A stretch of DNA of 64,000 bases from Oikopleura dioica. Taxonomy: Eukaryota > Animalia > Chordata. The position numbers and the translations under genes are program-made. Below the pieces are notes generated by a model, which searched no databases, was not told where the DNA came from, and worked only from the letters and a program-made list of their open reading frames with translations. The stretch is from NCBI GenBank assembly GCA_907165135.1, contig OU015566.1:9796001-9860000 (forward strand). The letters are read 5' to 3'. Positions 45,783 to 57,300 of the stretch are shown in pieces. Numbering within the stretch: position 1 is the stretch's first letter; every line of letters begins with the position of its first letter.

Positions 45783-46145
45783 TTATTGAAAGAGGAAGAT
45801 AATCAGAATCAGAAAGGAAGCTGGAAGAGTGATTTTTGCATCTGCAGTTGTTGTACAGTTGCCTTCGCAGTAATAAGTGGTTGTAGTTGTTGTTTTCTTA
45901 GTGGTTTTCTTGGTTGTTGTTGTTTTCTTCGTGGTTGTTGTTTTCTTCGTCGTTGTCTTGTTGGTTGTCTTCTTCGTAGTATTAGGCTTATTCGTCGGCT
46001 TTGGTTTTGGTTTGCTCGTTTTTCTCGGCGCTTTTGGTGTTGCACTAGGAATCTCCTCTGCATTTTGAACTTCAATGAGCCACGGTTCGTTGTGTTCTAC
46101 TGCCTGGCAGGACAGAATGGCAAAGTAGAGAAGAAGATTCCGCAT
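45783..46145 (-). CDS. Small secreted/GPI-type Lys-Thr-rich mucin-like protein (120 aa, intronless)
   Basis: Signal peptide MRNLLLYFAILSCQA, KTTT repeats, YYCEGNC, hydrophobic terminal LPASFLILIIFLFQ*. Confidence 0.75.
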   Translation of the reverse strand: MRNLLLYFAILSCQAVEHNEPWLIEVQNAEEIPSATPKAPRKTSKPKPKPTNKPNTTKKTTNKTTTKKTTTTKKTTTTKKTTKKTTTTTTYYCEGNCTTTADAKITLPASFLILIIFLFQ

Positions 46146-46795
46146 TTGATTTTTTCTGTTCAGTATGGACTCAGAATGCTCTCAGTGGGTGCAAAAGACA
46201 AATTAATACTTGTGATTTGTTTGCAGAAGCTATCGTAGGAACGGAAAGTCGTCTGGAAACAAGGTGACTCAAACGACTGTAAATAAAATTTTGCGAAAAT
46301 GAACTTATTAACTTTTGGAATCAATGCGATTTGCGTATTTTTTTCTTGAGAAGACGGAATAAGAGATATTAAAATTTACAAAGTTGTTTATTGAAAAAAC
46401 AGAATATTTCAAGCTTTGTTAATTTAATATGAATTTTTGTTAAATCAGATTCTATTAAAATTAATAAGCAAAAGATGAATAACTCGCTGTTTTAAACAGC
46501 AAGTTCGGCTCTAGAATTTAGAGACGGCGAAACGCAATTGTGTACCTATCAGCTCGAAAATGTTTGTTAGTGCATTTTTTACGTTTCAAAATTTACTTTA
46601 TTTTTTATGTCTCTCGCTTGAAAAAACTTTTTTTTTCTGTTTTTGTATGTACAGTTAATTACAGTGGAATTTTCGCTAGCGTTTTGGGGACATGAAGCGT
46701 ATTGGGTTTGTACAAATGGAGAGGATTTTGCTGAGTATTGATGTTGTTGTTGTGTAGTGCTTGCTGTTGCTTCTTGTTTTGTTGTTGTTTCTGTT

Positions 46796-49562
46796 TTAGA
46801 AATCGTTGTCCCAACCAGAAGTTTCATCGGGTGGACCAGAGCTATCCGCGGAGAAGTCGTCGAATTGCGATGTATCGGACGGTCCGGTTATGTTCGGCTA
46901 AAGCGAAAATGTAAAAAGCGGCCTCGCAATTATTCTTTGTAATGTTTACACTGTAAAAGTGAGTGACTGTACCTTAATTGGTGATTCCATCAAGCCATAT
47001 CGGAGCTTGCAAAAGTCGAAATCGCGTAAGAGATCGACCTCTCTAACTTCTTCGATCCCTTCTCTTGCTCCTAGTCGTCTTTCTGGGTCTGAATAATAAT
47101 TGTGAACTTTGCGTCTTGAATTGCTAATTGTCTACCTGGATGGCAGAGAAGACGAATGAGTTCGGCGGCATTCGGGCTGATCTGGCTGGGGAACTCGACA
47201 GCGCGAATTCCGCGGTTCGTCATTTCGTATGTCGCTTCATCCTAGAACAATGTTAATCTCCCCTTCTCTTGAGCGCATTTTTTAGAGCCTTTCAATTAAG
47301 AAAATCGCTATCTTACGGTGTTTCTCCGGAATGGAGATTTGCACGAAAGTAGCTCGAAAAGGAACACTCCGATCGACCAGAAATCGCTGCCAAAGCTGTG
47401 CGGTCGTTTATTTATCACTTCGGGGGCCATGTATCCTTAATAGCTTGTTAAGGACATGATAATGGTGGGTGTCGTTCAGACCTGGAGTTCCGCAGAACGT
47501 TCTCGTTATCGCATTCTTGCTACTCATGCGCTTGGCGAAACCGAAATCGGCGAGCTTGACGTAGCCGCGTTCGTCGATCAGCATGTTTTCTGGCTTGACA
47601 TCGCGATGTACGATCTGAAGGGTTTATTCAACACCTAAAACTCGCGGTTTGTTCTCTTACCAAAGATGAGTGAAGATAGTCCAGGGCCTCAAGAATACAG
47701 GAGACAGCAAATACGGATTTTGGTTCTTCGAGGGGACCACATCGTTTCATCAACGTAAATAGTTCTCCTCCAATCAATGCTTCTGTTAGGAGGTAGACGA
47801 ACTTGTTGTCCTTGAAGGTCTTGAAAAGCTTGAGGATGAAGGGCGAGTCGATCGAAAGGAGAATTTCGCGTTCAGCCTGAAAATCAATTTGAGTACTTTT
47901 GCAGAATATTTTCGTGTAATCCTAAAAGTCCATTTACAAAGTATCTTTCTTACCTTGACATGTCGTCGCTGACCCGCTTGAACTACACGATGTTTGTTGA
48001 TGCACTTTAGCGCGTAGTAATTGTTGTTGTTCCGCACAAGCTCAACGTGAGCATATCCACCGCGTCCGAGGATTTGGAGGCGCTCCAAGGAGTCGATTTC
48101 CAGCTCAGAGAGACGGACTTTGTTGAGTTTTGTGATGACTCGTGCAGTTGTAGTGTGCACGCCTGAAATAAAAAGTTATATTTTTTGCCTTCAAATTGAG
48201 GAAAAAATTCGATGATTTACCATCAAGAAGATGTCGAATTGCGGTTGGCGAAGAATTGTGGAAAATTTCAATTCCGAAAGTCGTCGGTCTGTTAACTGCT
48301 TTCTGATTTCGCTTGAAGGGGAACATGTGGTAAGCTTCATAATCGGCGATTTTCATCTGCCTCGATTCGGTAAAGAAGGAATGGTTTCGTCGTGGGTGCA
48401 AAACGTGGCTGTAGAGCGCCAGGAACTCTGGAATAAGACTTTCGTTCGTTGACTCCGTCAGAGAAGAGCGACGGTTTTTGTCCTGAATTGAAAATCTTCT
48501 CAGAGGTATTCTCGTAAATCTCATTTTTTCCTCGTTTCGGTTTCATTAAGATTAATATATTTTTCAAGCTTTTTCGAAAATTTAAATAAGGTAGTGTATT
48601 TTCTTCTTTTTTTGAAAATAGGTTTACGAGAGCAGAAGATTATATTCAAGTCATCTGATTTTATGGGCGTTTTATTCTCACACAGAATGATCTATCGTCA
48701 GAAATGGTGCTCTGAGTGCGTTTTACGAGGTTTAATGATAACCCGAGGAAAAATTAGGACTTTTTACTTGCGACCAAAGTCAGAAGGTTCAAAATTTATA
48801 ATTATATTTTTATTATTATAAATGATTTTTTGTTTTCTAACATTTTGTACCTGGTATCCAGAGTCGTGGCTATTGACAGAATCGCGTTTGGCCTTGTCAG
48901 CTTCTGATTGCCAACTCGTCCTACTCATCGTTGTCATCGAGCCCGCCATGGTCAGGTTTCGGGTTGAGTAGCTTGATGAGTCGTACAGCTGCGAGTTGGA
49001 GTACAATGCGAAGTCGAAATTTGAGCCGGCAGCTTGTGAGTCGGCTCCGGTAAGGCTAGAATATGTTTGAGTAATTTTGAACTTCTTTATCTGCCATCCA
49101 CTTATTTCGCCAAAATTCGAATATCATTGATATATTGATTATTTGATATATTATATCAACCTGTTAGGAAAGTCGCTGTAAAGAAAATTCTTTGTTTTTA
49201 AAATCATCTCTAAAGGTATGAAAAAATTTCAAAGAATCACTAAAAGGAAGTATGATTTTTACGGTCGGCTGTTCACATGAGCGGAAAAAAACCATGATCA
49301 ATTAATGTTTCCCTATGACCTTTTTTAAGTCATAAAAATCACTGGCGATTGGGATGATGTGGTGTGGCGAGCCGCTGCTTAATGCTTACCCTTGGATCTG
49401 TCGATCTGTTGAGTTGTGCGAGCTTAGGCTTCGTGAATTCGAGTCAGTGTCCGAGGTGTAGAGTCCGGAATCGACGCCAGAATCGATGGGGCGCGATGCA
49501 GCTCCATTCTTCTTTGGAGTTGAATTTCCGCTGATGTTTTCCTTTGCCGGCGCTTCCAGACG
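46796..49562 (-). CDS. AGC kinase of PKG (PRKG) type; 5' end not located
   Basis: [45 protein letters not shown], and the PKG-specific tail [12 protein letters not shown]. Confidence 0.85.
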
Positions 49563-50650
49563 TCTGAAATTAATTTTGATGACAATGGCTTCAATCGAAA
49601 ATGATCAAATCTTCCATTTCTTGACCCTGATTTAAAAAAATGATTTCTTATTCACTAAATTGTTTTAGATAGTTGTTTTCAGAAGGAAAGGGGCTGACCC
49701 AGTGTCGACCTTTTCACTGTGCCTGTTCTAGTAAGCCCTGCGGTCGAGCGTTCTTCTTATTTCACCAGTTCGCTGACTGAAGCCGAGCCCCACGCAATGA
49801 CTAGACCCTTTGCTCAAGGATCTTAAGTTCTTGTAGAAGACTCACGGGATGTTTTGGAGGGCACGTGCATTTGTTTTAGGCTCACCTACAAGCCCCAGGG
49901 AGGGGCCGTGACTAATGTCTATCCCATAACAATTTCATTCTTCGTAACAAGCAGTACCAAGGACTTAGAGAATGTCGATTTTACGCTAACAATGCAACTT
50001 ATTACTAAGTTAATTAATTACAAACTGATGGCAATAACAACTCTGACTCTTGATTACTTATTGCTTATGGCTTGTTGATTTGATCATTTCCAATCATAAC
50101 GGTCTATTTATCTGAAAAAAACGATTATTTTTTTCCGAAAAGATTTTTGAATCGATATTTATTTTTGTATTCAGTAGTTAATAGTAGCAAGATTACTTTC
50201 AACAAATTTATAATCAAAGTTTTTCTAGCCTAGATAAATACGAATAATCAATGTACTTTTGAATGAGTGTCTTTTTTATTGAAGTTTGATCGTTATTAAA
50301 TTGCCAATCTTTTGAAAATTTAAGAGGATATATGCTAGCATTTTTTCTGTTTTCGAACGCCAGAAGCAAAAATAATTCTCAGGTCAACTTAGAATAATAA
50401 TTTTTCTCAATAAATTATGGGCCGTAATTTTTCACCCCAACTCGATATATGGTTCAGTCCATTTTGATACCTGATGGTGTAGCCGTAATATTCGATTCCC
50501 ATCAAGCGTGTTTTTTTTCTTTAGGTTAGTCTCTACTTCAGTATAAAAAGGCTCTCAAAGGCCACTTATTTGTTAGTGCTTCTCTCTCGTTGTTTATTTC
50601 AAAAATTCTTTTCTTCAGTCAAAAAGTTTATAAAACGCAAAGAAGAGGGT

Positions 50651-51337
50651 CTAGAACATTAAGTGACTTGAGTTCGATTTGGTCTGTGAGGTATGGGTGC
50701 TGGTGCAGAAGACAGGCATGGTGCTGGTGGTGGAGGCGCCGCCTGGGGCATTCTACTTTACGCAATCAGATACGCAGCGAGTAGCGAGTTCGGGACCCTT
50801 TACGCGGGAATCGAAAAGCCCACGTGCGGCTATCTAATCTTGCGGAACTCACGTTCAACTGTAACCTGCCAAAATGATAGAGCACAAGTTCAGCAAGTTC
50901 AGCTTTTAGAGATCTAAGAGTTATCTAATTCAAGCGGGAGGCCGATCAAGAGATTTTCAAGAGAGAATCGTTTTTACGAAATATTCCAGAACAAACCGGA
51001 TTAGCCCAGCCAGAAATCACGTGACCCCCTAATATTTTGATCCGGATGTTTTCAGTTAATTTGAAGTACATCATATTATATGATTCATATACCATTGAGG
51101 TATTACAGAGTTTGTACAACAAACCCAAAACGCTCATTAAAAAACTTGGAATCAAGGAAGAGTAAAAACCTGCCCGCCTTTGTTCTTACCTATTCTGGTG
51201 GACATAATCATGCTCAAGCTCTGGCACATCATCAATCGACTCCCGTCGATATCTCCTATCCCTCTTTGGCATGCAGTTGGCCATTGAGAAGCATGTTCTC
51301 AACTGGCGGATGCGCCGCATATTCTCGTACGTTCTGA
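50651..51337 (-). CDS. Probable 3' exons of an unidentified gene
   Basis: Open exon RTYENMRRIRQLRTCFSM...HQNR ending in a GTAAG donor, further open segments to a stop near 50651, and a - strand AATAAA near 50595. Exon chain not resolved. Confidence 0.25.
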
Positions 51338-51399
51338 AAGTCATTTAAATCTTGAAGGGAACCTCTGTTCTCTGAATCTATTACATTCATCTATCAAAG

Positions 51400-54300
51400 G
51401 AAGAATCCGCGATTGGCGAAATGATGAATTTATTTATAAAGTTTTGAACGCTCGCCAAAAACAGCTCATTATACAAGTGGCAGTTCTAGCGCTAGAATTC
51501 GTTCGGCAAAGTTCAAATTTATAAATAACAAAGTGTATTTTTTCTATGAATTCGAAAAAAATACGCATTAATAAAACAGAATTCTTACCGTTGATGTAGT
51601 TTTTGTTCGTTTCTTTCTCGATACAAGGTTTCAACAAGAAAAAAAAAGCTCCCTCTACCCCCTTAAATTAGCATTCCTAGAAGGATCCTTATGCTTTAGA
51701 AACGTAATGCTAAAATCGACACGTTGAGCGAACCTTTTCTTTTTAGATTTTTTCTCCAAATCAAAAAATTCCGATTTGGGTGTACGAAAACCACACGAAA
51801 AAAATCTTGTTCTGACTATATCTGTCTCCACTACCCACTTCAATCGCACTGAAAATGTGTTACGTAAGGTGAAATTTCAAATTAGCAAGAATAAGAAGAG
51901 GATCGTTTCGTTACTGTTTGCCTAGTATCTGTAGTCACCTTATTTAAGAAGAAGTAGAAGAAGTGTTCGGTAGATGGTTTCTTTCACTTACCCGTTGAGA
52001 GCAAAAAAGCACCTCATTGTTTTGATGAAATTAAAAATAAACCCCAAAGCGTGAAAAAAAATATCTTCAAAAAAGAAGAAGCTTGCGAAAGCGGTAGCGT
52101 TTGTTACAACGAAAAAAGTTGTTTTATCGGCCTGACCCTCGTTGGGCTGTCTATCCTAATGTGTCCAAAGGAGAGGCGGTCCAAAGAAGATCCAAGGAGT
52201 CCAAGTTCAAAGAAAAATCCAGCGGCCAACAAGCTGTCTTTCCAGAATAACAATAAAAGATCCAAGTCCAAGTGAGTCTGTCCAGTTTGTCTTCAGTGCC
52301 AAGCTTAATGGATCTACAAAGTCTTACCAAAATAAAAGTTTTGTAAATTGACGAGTAATTTTTGATGTTTCAATTGCTTTGATCGTCAAACTAAGAAAAA
52401 GGATGAGTATTTTTTTATTCGAAAAAGTGATGCTACAACCTTCAGAAATGAATCGGCTTGGTTCGTATCGTTAACATCTTTGATTGGTTGAAAATCATAA
52501 AAAAAAGAAACGAACTTGAAAAAAAAAACTGAAATCAAGGAAGAGAACAACCGATTTTCAGATGTAACTTTTTCAAAAAAAATCTAGGTGCTATTTTTAA
52601 CCGTTTCTGTGTAGCTGGTTGCGCAGGTTGGTTGGTTTCTGGAAGATTTGGTTATTTTATTCGACATTTTAGGAGGCCATGAAGGAACCAAAAAGATTAT
52701 TTTCCTTCATGGCCAGAGAAATTATTTTTTGCTTGTCGAATTTAATCGACAGAAACCTTTTCGTCCTGAAATAGAATGGTTATAACAGTGAAATGGGTTA
52801 ATAAAGAGGTATAAAAGAATATGACACAAAACATTTTTACCGTTCAAATTGACAACAAGCTTTTCCATTTATTAGCTTTTCTAGCCCTTCTAGGGCCTCT
52901 TGAAATTTGGGAACTCGACAAAAATAGAGGCTACAGATACAATTTTTTTGTGATTTACCCCTGATTTCAGACCAAAAAGGGGCCGTGCAGCTCAAACGGA
53001 CGATTGATTCTGGATATCAAAGAGCAGTTCTTTCTAGTGGCAATGGCAGTTCATTCTTTTCTCACGAGATTTATGAAAGTTTTGCTGACGTTTCTCTTTG
53101 GCTGTCACACCATTTTATGCAAGTGATTTGAGATTTAACGGAGGATTTCAATTTAATCATCGGCGTCAAAAGGGCCTCCTTTGAATATATGCCTGTGAGA
53201 TCATTCTTCGAAATATAAAATTATTTTAAATTCAAATTTTAAAGAAGTGAGCAGAATTCGTTTACATCCGGTTACGAAAAAGTTTCTACTGCGGAGCGGA
53301 TTAAAAACTAACAAATGATAACAATGCCAAATAGGCTATTTGAAATAGCTAACTTCCACAATCTTTGCTTCGACATGCACTTCCTAGAATATCTTTATCG
53401 TTAACTTTTCTGAAAAGACTAACAATAAAATTTTATGTTCAGAACCAATAATGGAGATGGCAGGGATAAATGATTTTTTTTTTAATTTTCAAAATAAACA
53501 TAAGGAGCCCCTTATTTTTTCAAATGGAGAACATTTCCAATTCTTATGTCCTCTGAAGACCAAAAATAAAAATAAATAATACCTCATGCGTCTATCTCAA
53601 AGAGGAATCAGAAAATTTCGACAAAACACCATAACTGACAACGAAAGAGAACTTTTTTATATCAAAAATAACGTCAGTTGAAGGGATCATTTCAAGAAAT
53701 CAAATAAAGTACCTACTGTATCCTAAACAAGTTTCTATCAGAGAAATACTCAAAGAAACGTCGATTTATCTTCTTAATAGAAGAACGGTGAATACATATC
53801 GCTAGATTGTCTAATGTGGATAGCGTCATTACAGAAAACGAAATATGCTAAAAGTCCTAAGATAGGACAGGGAATGAGAACCACCTGCATAACCTGTAGA
53901 TAGAGCCTGGACTCTCTGAGCAAAGTGCATCGAAGAGAAAGATACCCTCATTCATAAACGCTAACAATCTCACGTTATGAGCGCACGTTTATCACCGTTA
54001 GTTGAGCAAGAAGCCCGGCGATAATGCTTTATCAAACTTGTGTAAGACAACATTGCGTGTCCGCCAATTTGCAGCGATTGCATGTTCTATTGAGTGATCT
54101 CGACACGAGCTTATTTAACGCCAACCGTATTATTGCACTATCAAGATAATGAACAAACTTTGATGCATAGAATGAGCGTTTTGATTTACGGTTAAATTCA
54201 AATAAAAGAAGAATGTACCAGAAAAATTCACGATGGAACGTGCATGCTACATTTCTGTAGACCTCAAAAATAAATTCTCCCCTGACATGGGTAGACACTT

Positions 54301-57300
54301 CAATAAACAGAACTGAATCAAGACTGCGGAAAGTCCTAACGGTATTAGCGAGACGAAAGCCGAAGTGCTGGGTTTGACACACCTGAGGACAGTTACTGAC
54401 GCAAGGCCCTTGCTCTAAACATTGTAATTTTCGCCGCTTGGATACATTTCTTTTTGTACTCGAAGAAGGTGCGTAATGTGGACCGACTTACTAGTCAAGC
54501 AATTCGGAACAAGAGAAAATTCGAAAAAGAATTTTTTCTCGCGTGATCTTTTTTTGTCATTTTTTTTTAAATCTTAGCTCGAGGTCTTAGCTGTCAAGAA
54601 TCAAAAATAGCACAAATCAATGTAACAACCGTGTTCGTTGCATGTTTTCAACGTTGAACGATTGTGTTATCAAGTTTGATAAGCGTAATCTTATCAAGGC
54701 ACGGTTTTTGCACTCAGAGTACGTGGATAAACGTCAACTTTGGGACATGACTTATCAGCTTATGTGACCTCAATTAGAGCAAATGTTACTCATTATTGAA
54801 AATTCAAAGATTTGGCAGAATTTATCTTAGTGTTTGAGGTCGAATGAGACAGAGATTAAGAAGAAACAGCATCGAATACTAAAGGTAATCTTCCGTCGGT
54901 TAGGGATTTCGATAAGGGCACTTATTAAGGGGCTGTAAAGAAATCAAATTAATCGAAATTAGCTCTGTGAAGCTAAAGAAGAAACCTATTAAGACTTTGG
55001 GATAGAGTTTTAACTGGAACACACAATTATAATCATAAATACAACCCCAGTGAATTATCATCGATTTCTGAAGGACTCAGTTGTATTGTCTGATAGTCTG
55101 ACGTGGAAAAAGCCATTTTTTGTCCCTAAAACAGACCAGAGCGGTTTGTTCATCCTTATTTTTAATCTCGAGGAATTATTTTTTTTGACAATCAAAAGAT
55201 ATTTATTTTCGCTCAAAATAAAGATCCGGCTTTGTACAAGTGTAGTTGATGAACATCTCCTTTCTGGAGATAGATTTGAGTATTCTGGCTAACTTTGATA
55301 TTTTGAAGTATTTTCTGTCCTAGAAAACGGTTATTTTGAACCTCACAAAATTGAATATGAAAAAACAAATTCCCGAAGACTAACGGCTAAATTTTTCAGA
55401 ACCTTTAGTTTGATTCTATTAGCCTTACTTCCTCCTTATTATTTTTTTCTCAACCGGCACTTAGGTTGAACAGGTTCGCCAATATTGCACGCAGACCAAG
55501 ACCGAGTCAATAAAATCGATGTCACTTCACTTTCAACCCTTCAAAAAAGGGTTGAGATATAAATTGGCAGGATCGAGACCTACATCAATCGAAAGAGCAT
55601 TTAAAGCTCTTTCAGAAAATATAATAACCTGGAAAAAAGTGGGGTGTGGAGGGGGTCATGTGACCAAAAAACTTAAACAGGCCGATTTTCAACACTTTGG
55701 GGCGATTTTTCTAGGTCATCACGTGACCTGACAATTTTGTCATAATACAATTTTTTGTTCCTTGGAACATGTTTAACCAGTCTACAAGGACAAAACCCTG
55801 AATATCACGTGTTAAAAAATGGAGCGTTTTTTAAGCGTGGAGCCTACTTATGGGTGCGGCACACAGATTGATGAGCTTTTCAAACAGATCTCTCATGCTT
55901 GTCCTGTTGCTGCTTGGCAGACGATTCTAGGCGACGTTGAACCTGACTGATATCAATGGCTCATCAAAAAACTACCTTATTCTTAACCACTCTATCGACG
56001 CTTCAAATTCAACCGAAGAAACCGACATCAAAGATCTTCAACTAGCAAAACTATGCAGCAAGTGGGCCAGAGATAGATTTTGATTATACCTTTCAGAAAT
56101 TCACAGCGGTCCTTACAGAAGCTCTCTTGCAACCGTAACTTTGCTCGATAATTTTGTCATTCCTCGTGGATAAAACCGACCACTAAGCTACAGCAACTAT
56201 ATTTTAGCTGAGTAATTGAGGCGCTTGAACTGTCAATTTCAACAGGAATTATAACGGTATGAGAAAACGACGGAACTTTTCATCTCGACTCAAGACTCAA
56301 GAGGATAATTACAGAAGGTCATTATGAACCCAGGAATGGGAGCGAAAAGCGCTCAAAGCATTTTTGAAAAAACTGGAACTTCAAATAAAAAAAATCGCTT
56401 AGAAAAAATTCACAGTTTCTCTAAAATTGATTAATCTAACTCACTTTTTGTCCTTTTTAAATTTTTCACTTTGCTTAAATTTTATCCACATTTTCGCATA
56501 AAAATGGAATTTGAGCGAACATTTTAAGACCTTCAGATAAAGTGCTCAATTTTTGGAAACTTTAAAACTCTCTTTTCTGAGGTAGACTAGAATTCGTCTT
56601 TGGATAACGTGAGGTATTAAATTATCGGCCCAAAAATTAGAATGTATGACAAGAACCCCGTGAATCCTTAATCGATACAGCTGCAGTGTTTTCGATCTTT
56701 GAACTAAGACTCGCTTAATTTTTTGATGGTGCTTATTTTCAAAGGATAATTTTCTACGAAATGAATTGAAAAATGGAATTGAAACAGCCCCTTAAAATTA
56801 GCCAGTTTTATAATAAAATATAAAGAAAATTAAAATTTTTTCACTTTTATTAAAAACAATTGAACGGTAAAATTCTCTGTGTCATACTCATCATTCAAAA
56901 AATAATGTACTTACGTGGCTAGAAGAATTGTTCAATCTGTTTTCAATTTCGCCTTTTTCCCCTTCCAGCAAGGAAAAAGGCTCAATATAGGTGTCAGAAA
57001 TTCTGGCCCATCATTAGCTCGAGAAATCAACGAAGATTTCATTGGGCTTCAGGACCAGCGAATTCCTTCTCGTCGAAATCCATTCTCCCCAGAAGCAGTA
57101 GAACTTTTGATTTAGGATACTCTACCTGTTCTGCTATAGTTAAATTTTAATTAAAATCTGATGGGTATTATAATTGCTCGGCTTAAGGAACGATACATAC
57201 AAGAAATGTTAGATTGACTAAGAATAGTATTAAAATGTTTTATCTTTGCTGTTGAGCTACTACAGTAATCTAGTCTCATACAAATGAGAGTCTCCTCGAA

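Noticed and set aside
45744-46238. Cys/Val/Phe-rich plus-strand ORFs
   Set aside because: Reverse-complement frames of the KTTT repeat gene.
50469-50503. tRNA-like fragment (TGATGG...TTCGATTC-CCATCA)
   Set aside because: Only ~35 nt, with no D or anticodon arm.
54032-54382. 116-codon minus ORF with Cys cluster
   Set aside because: Non-ATG start, no recognisable domain, no supporting exon chain.
55470-55505. miR-92-like seed TATTGCAC
   Set aside because: No precursor hairpin with a loop; the rest of the mature sequence does not match.
56908-56925. U1 snRNA-like start (TACTTACGTGGC)
   Set aside because: No downstream U1 stem-loops or Sm site; simply the reverse complement of a GTAAGT donor.
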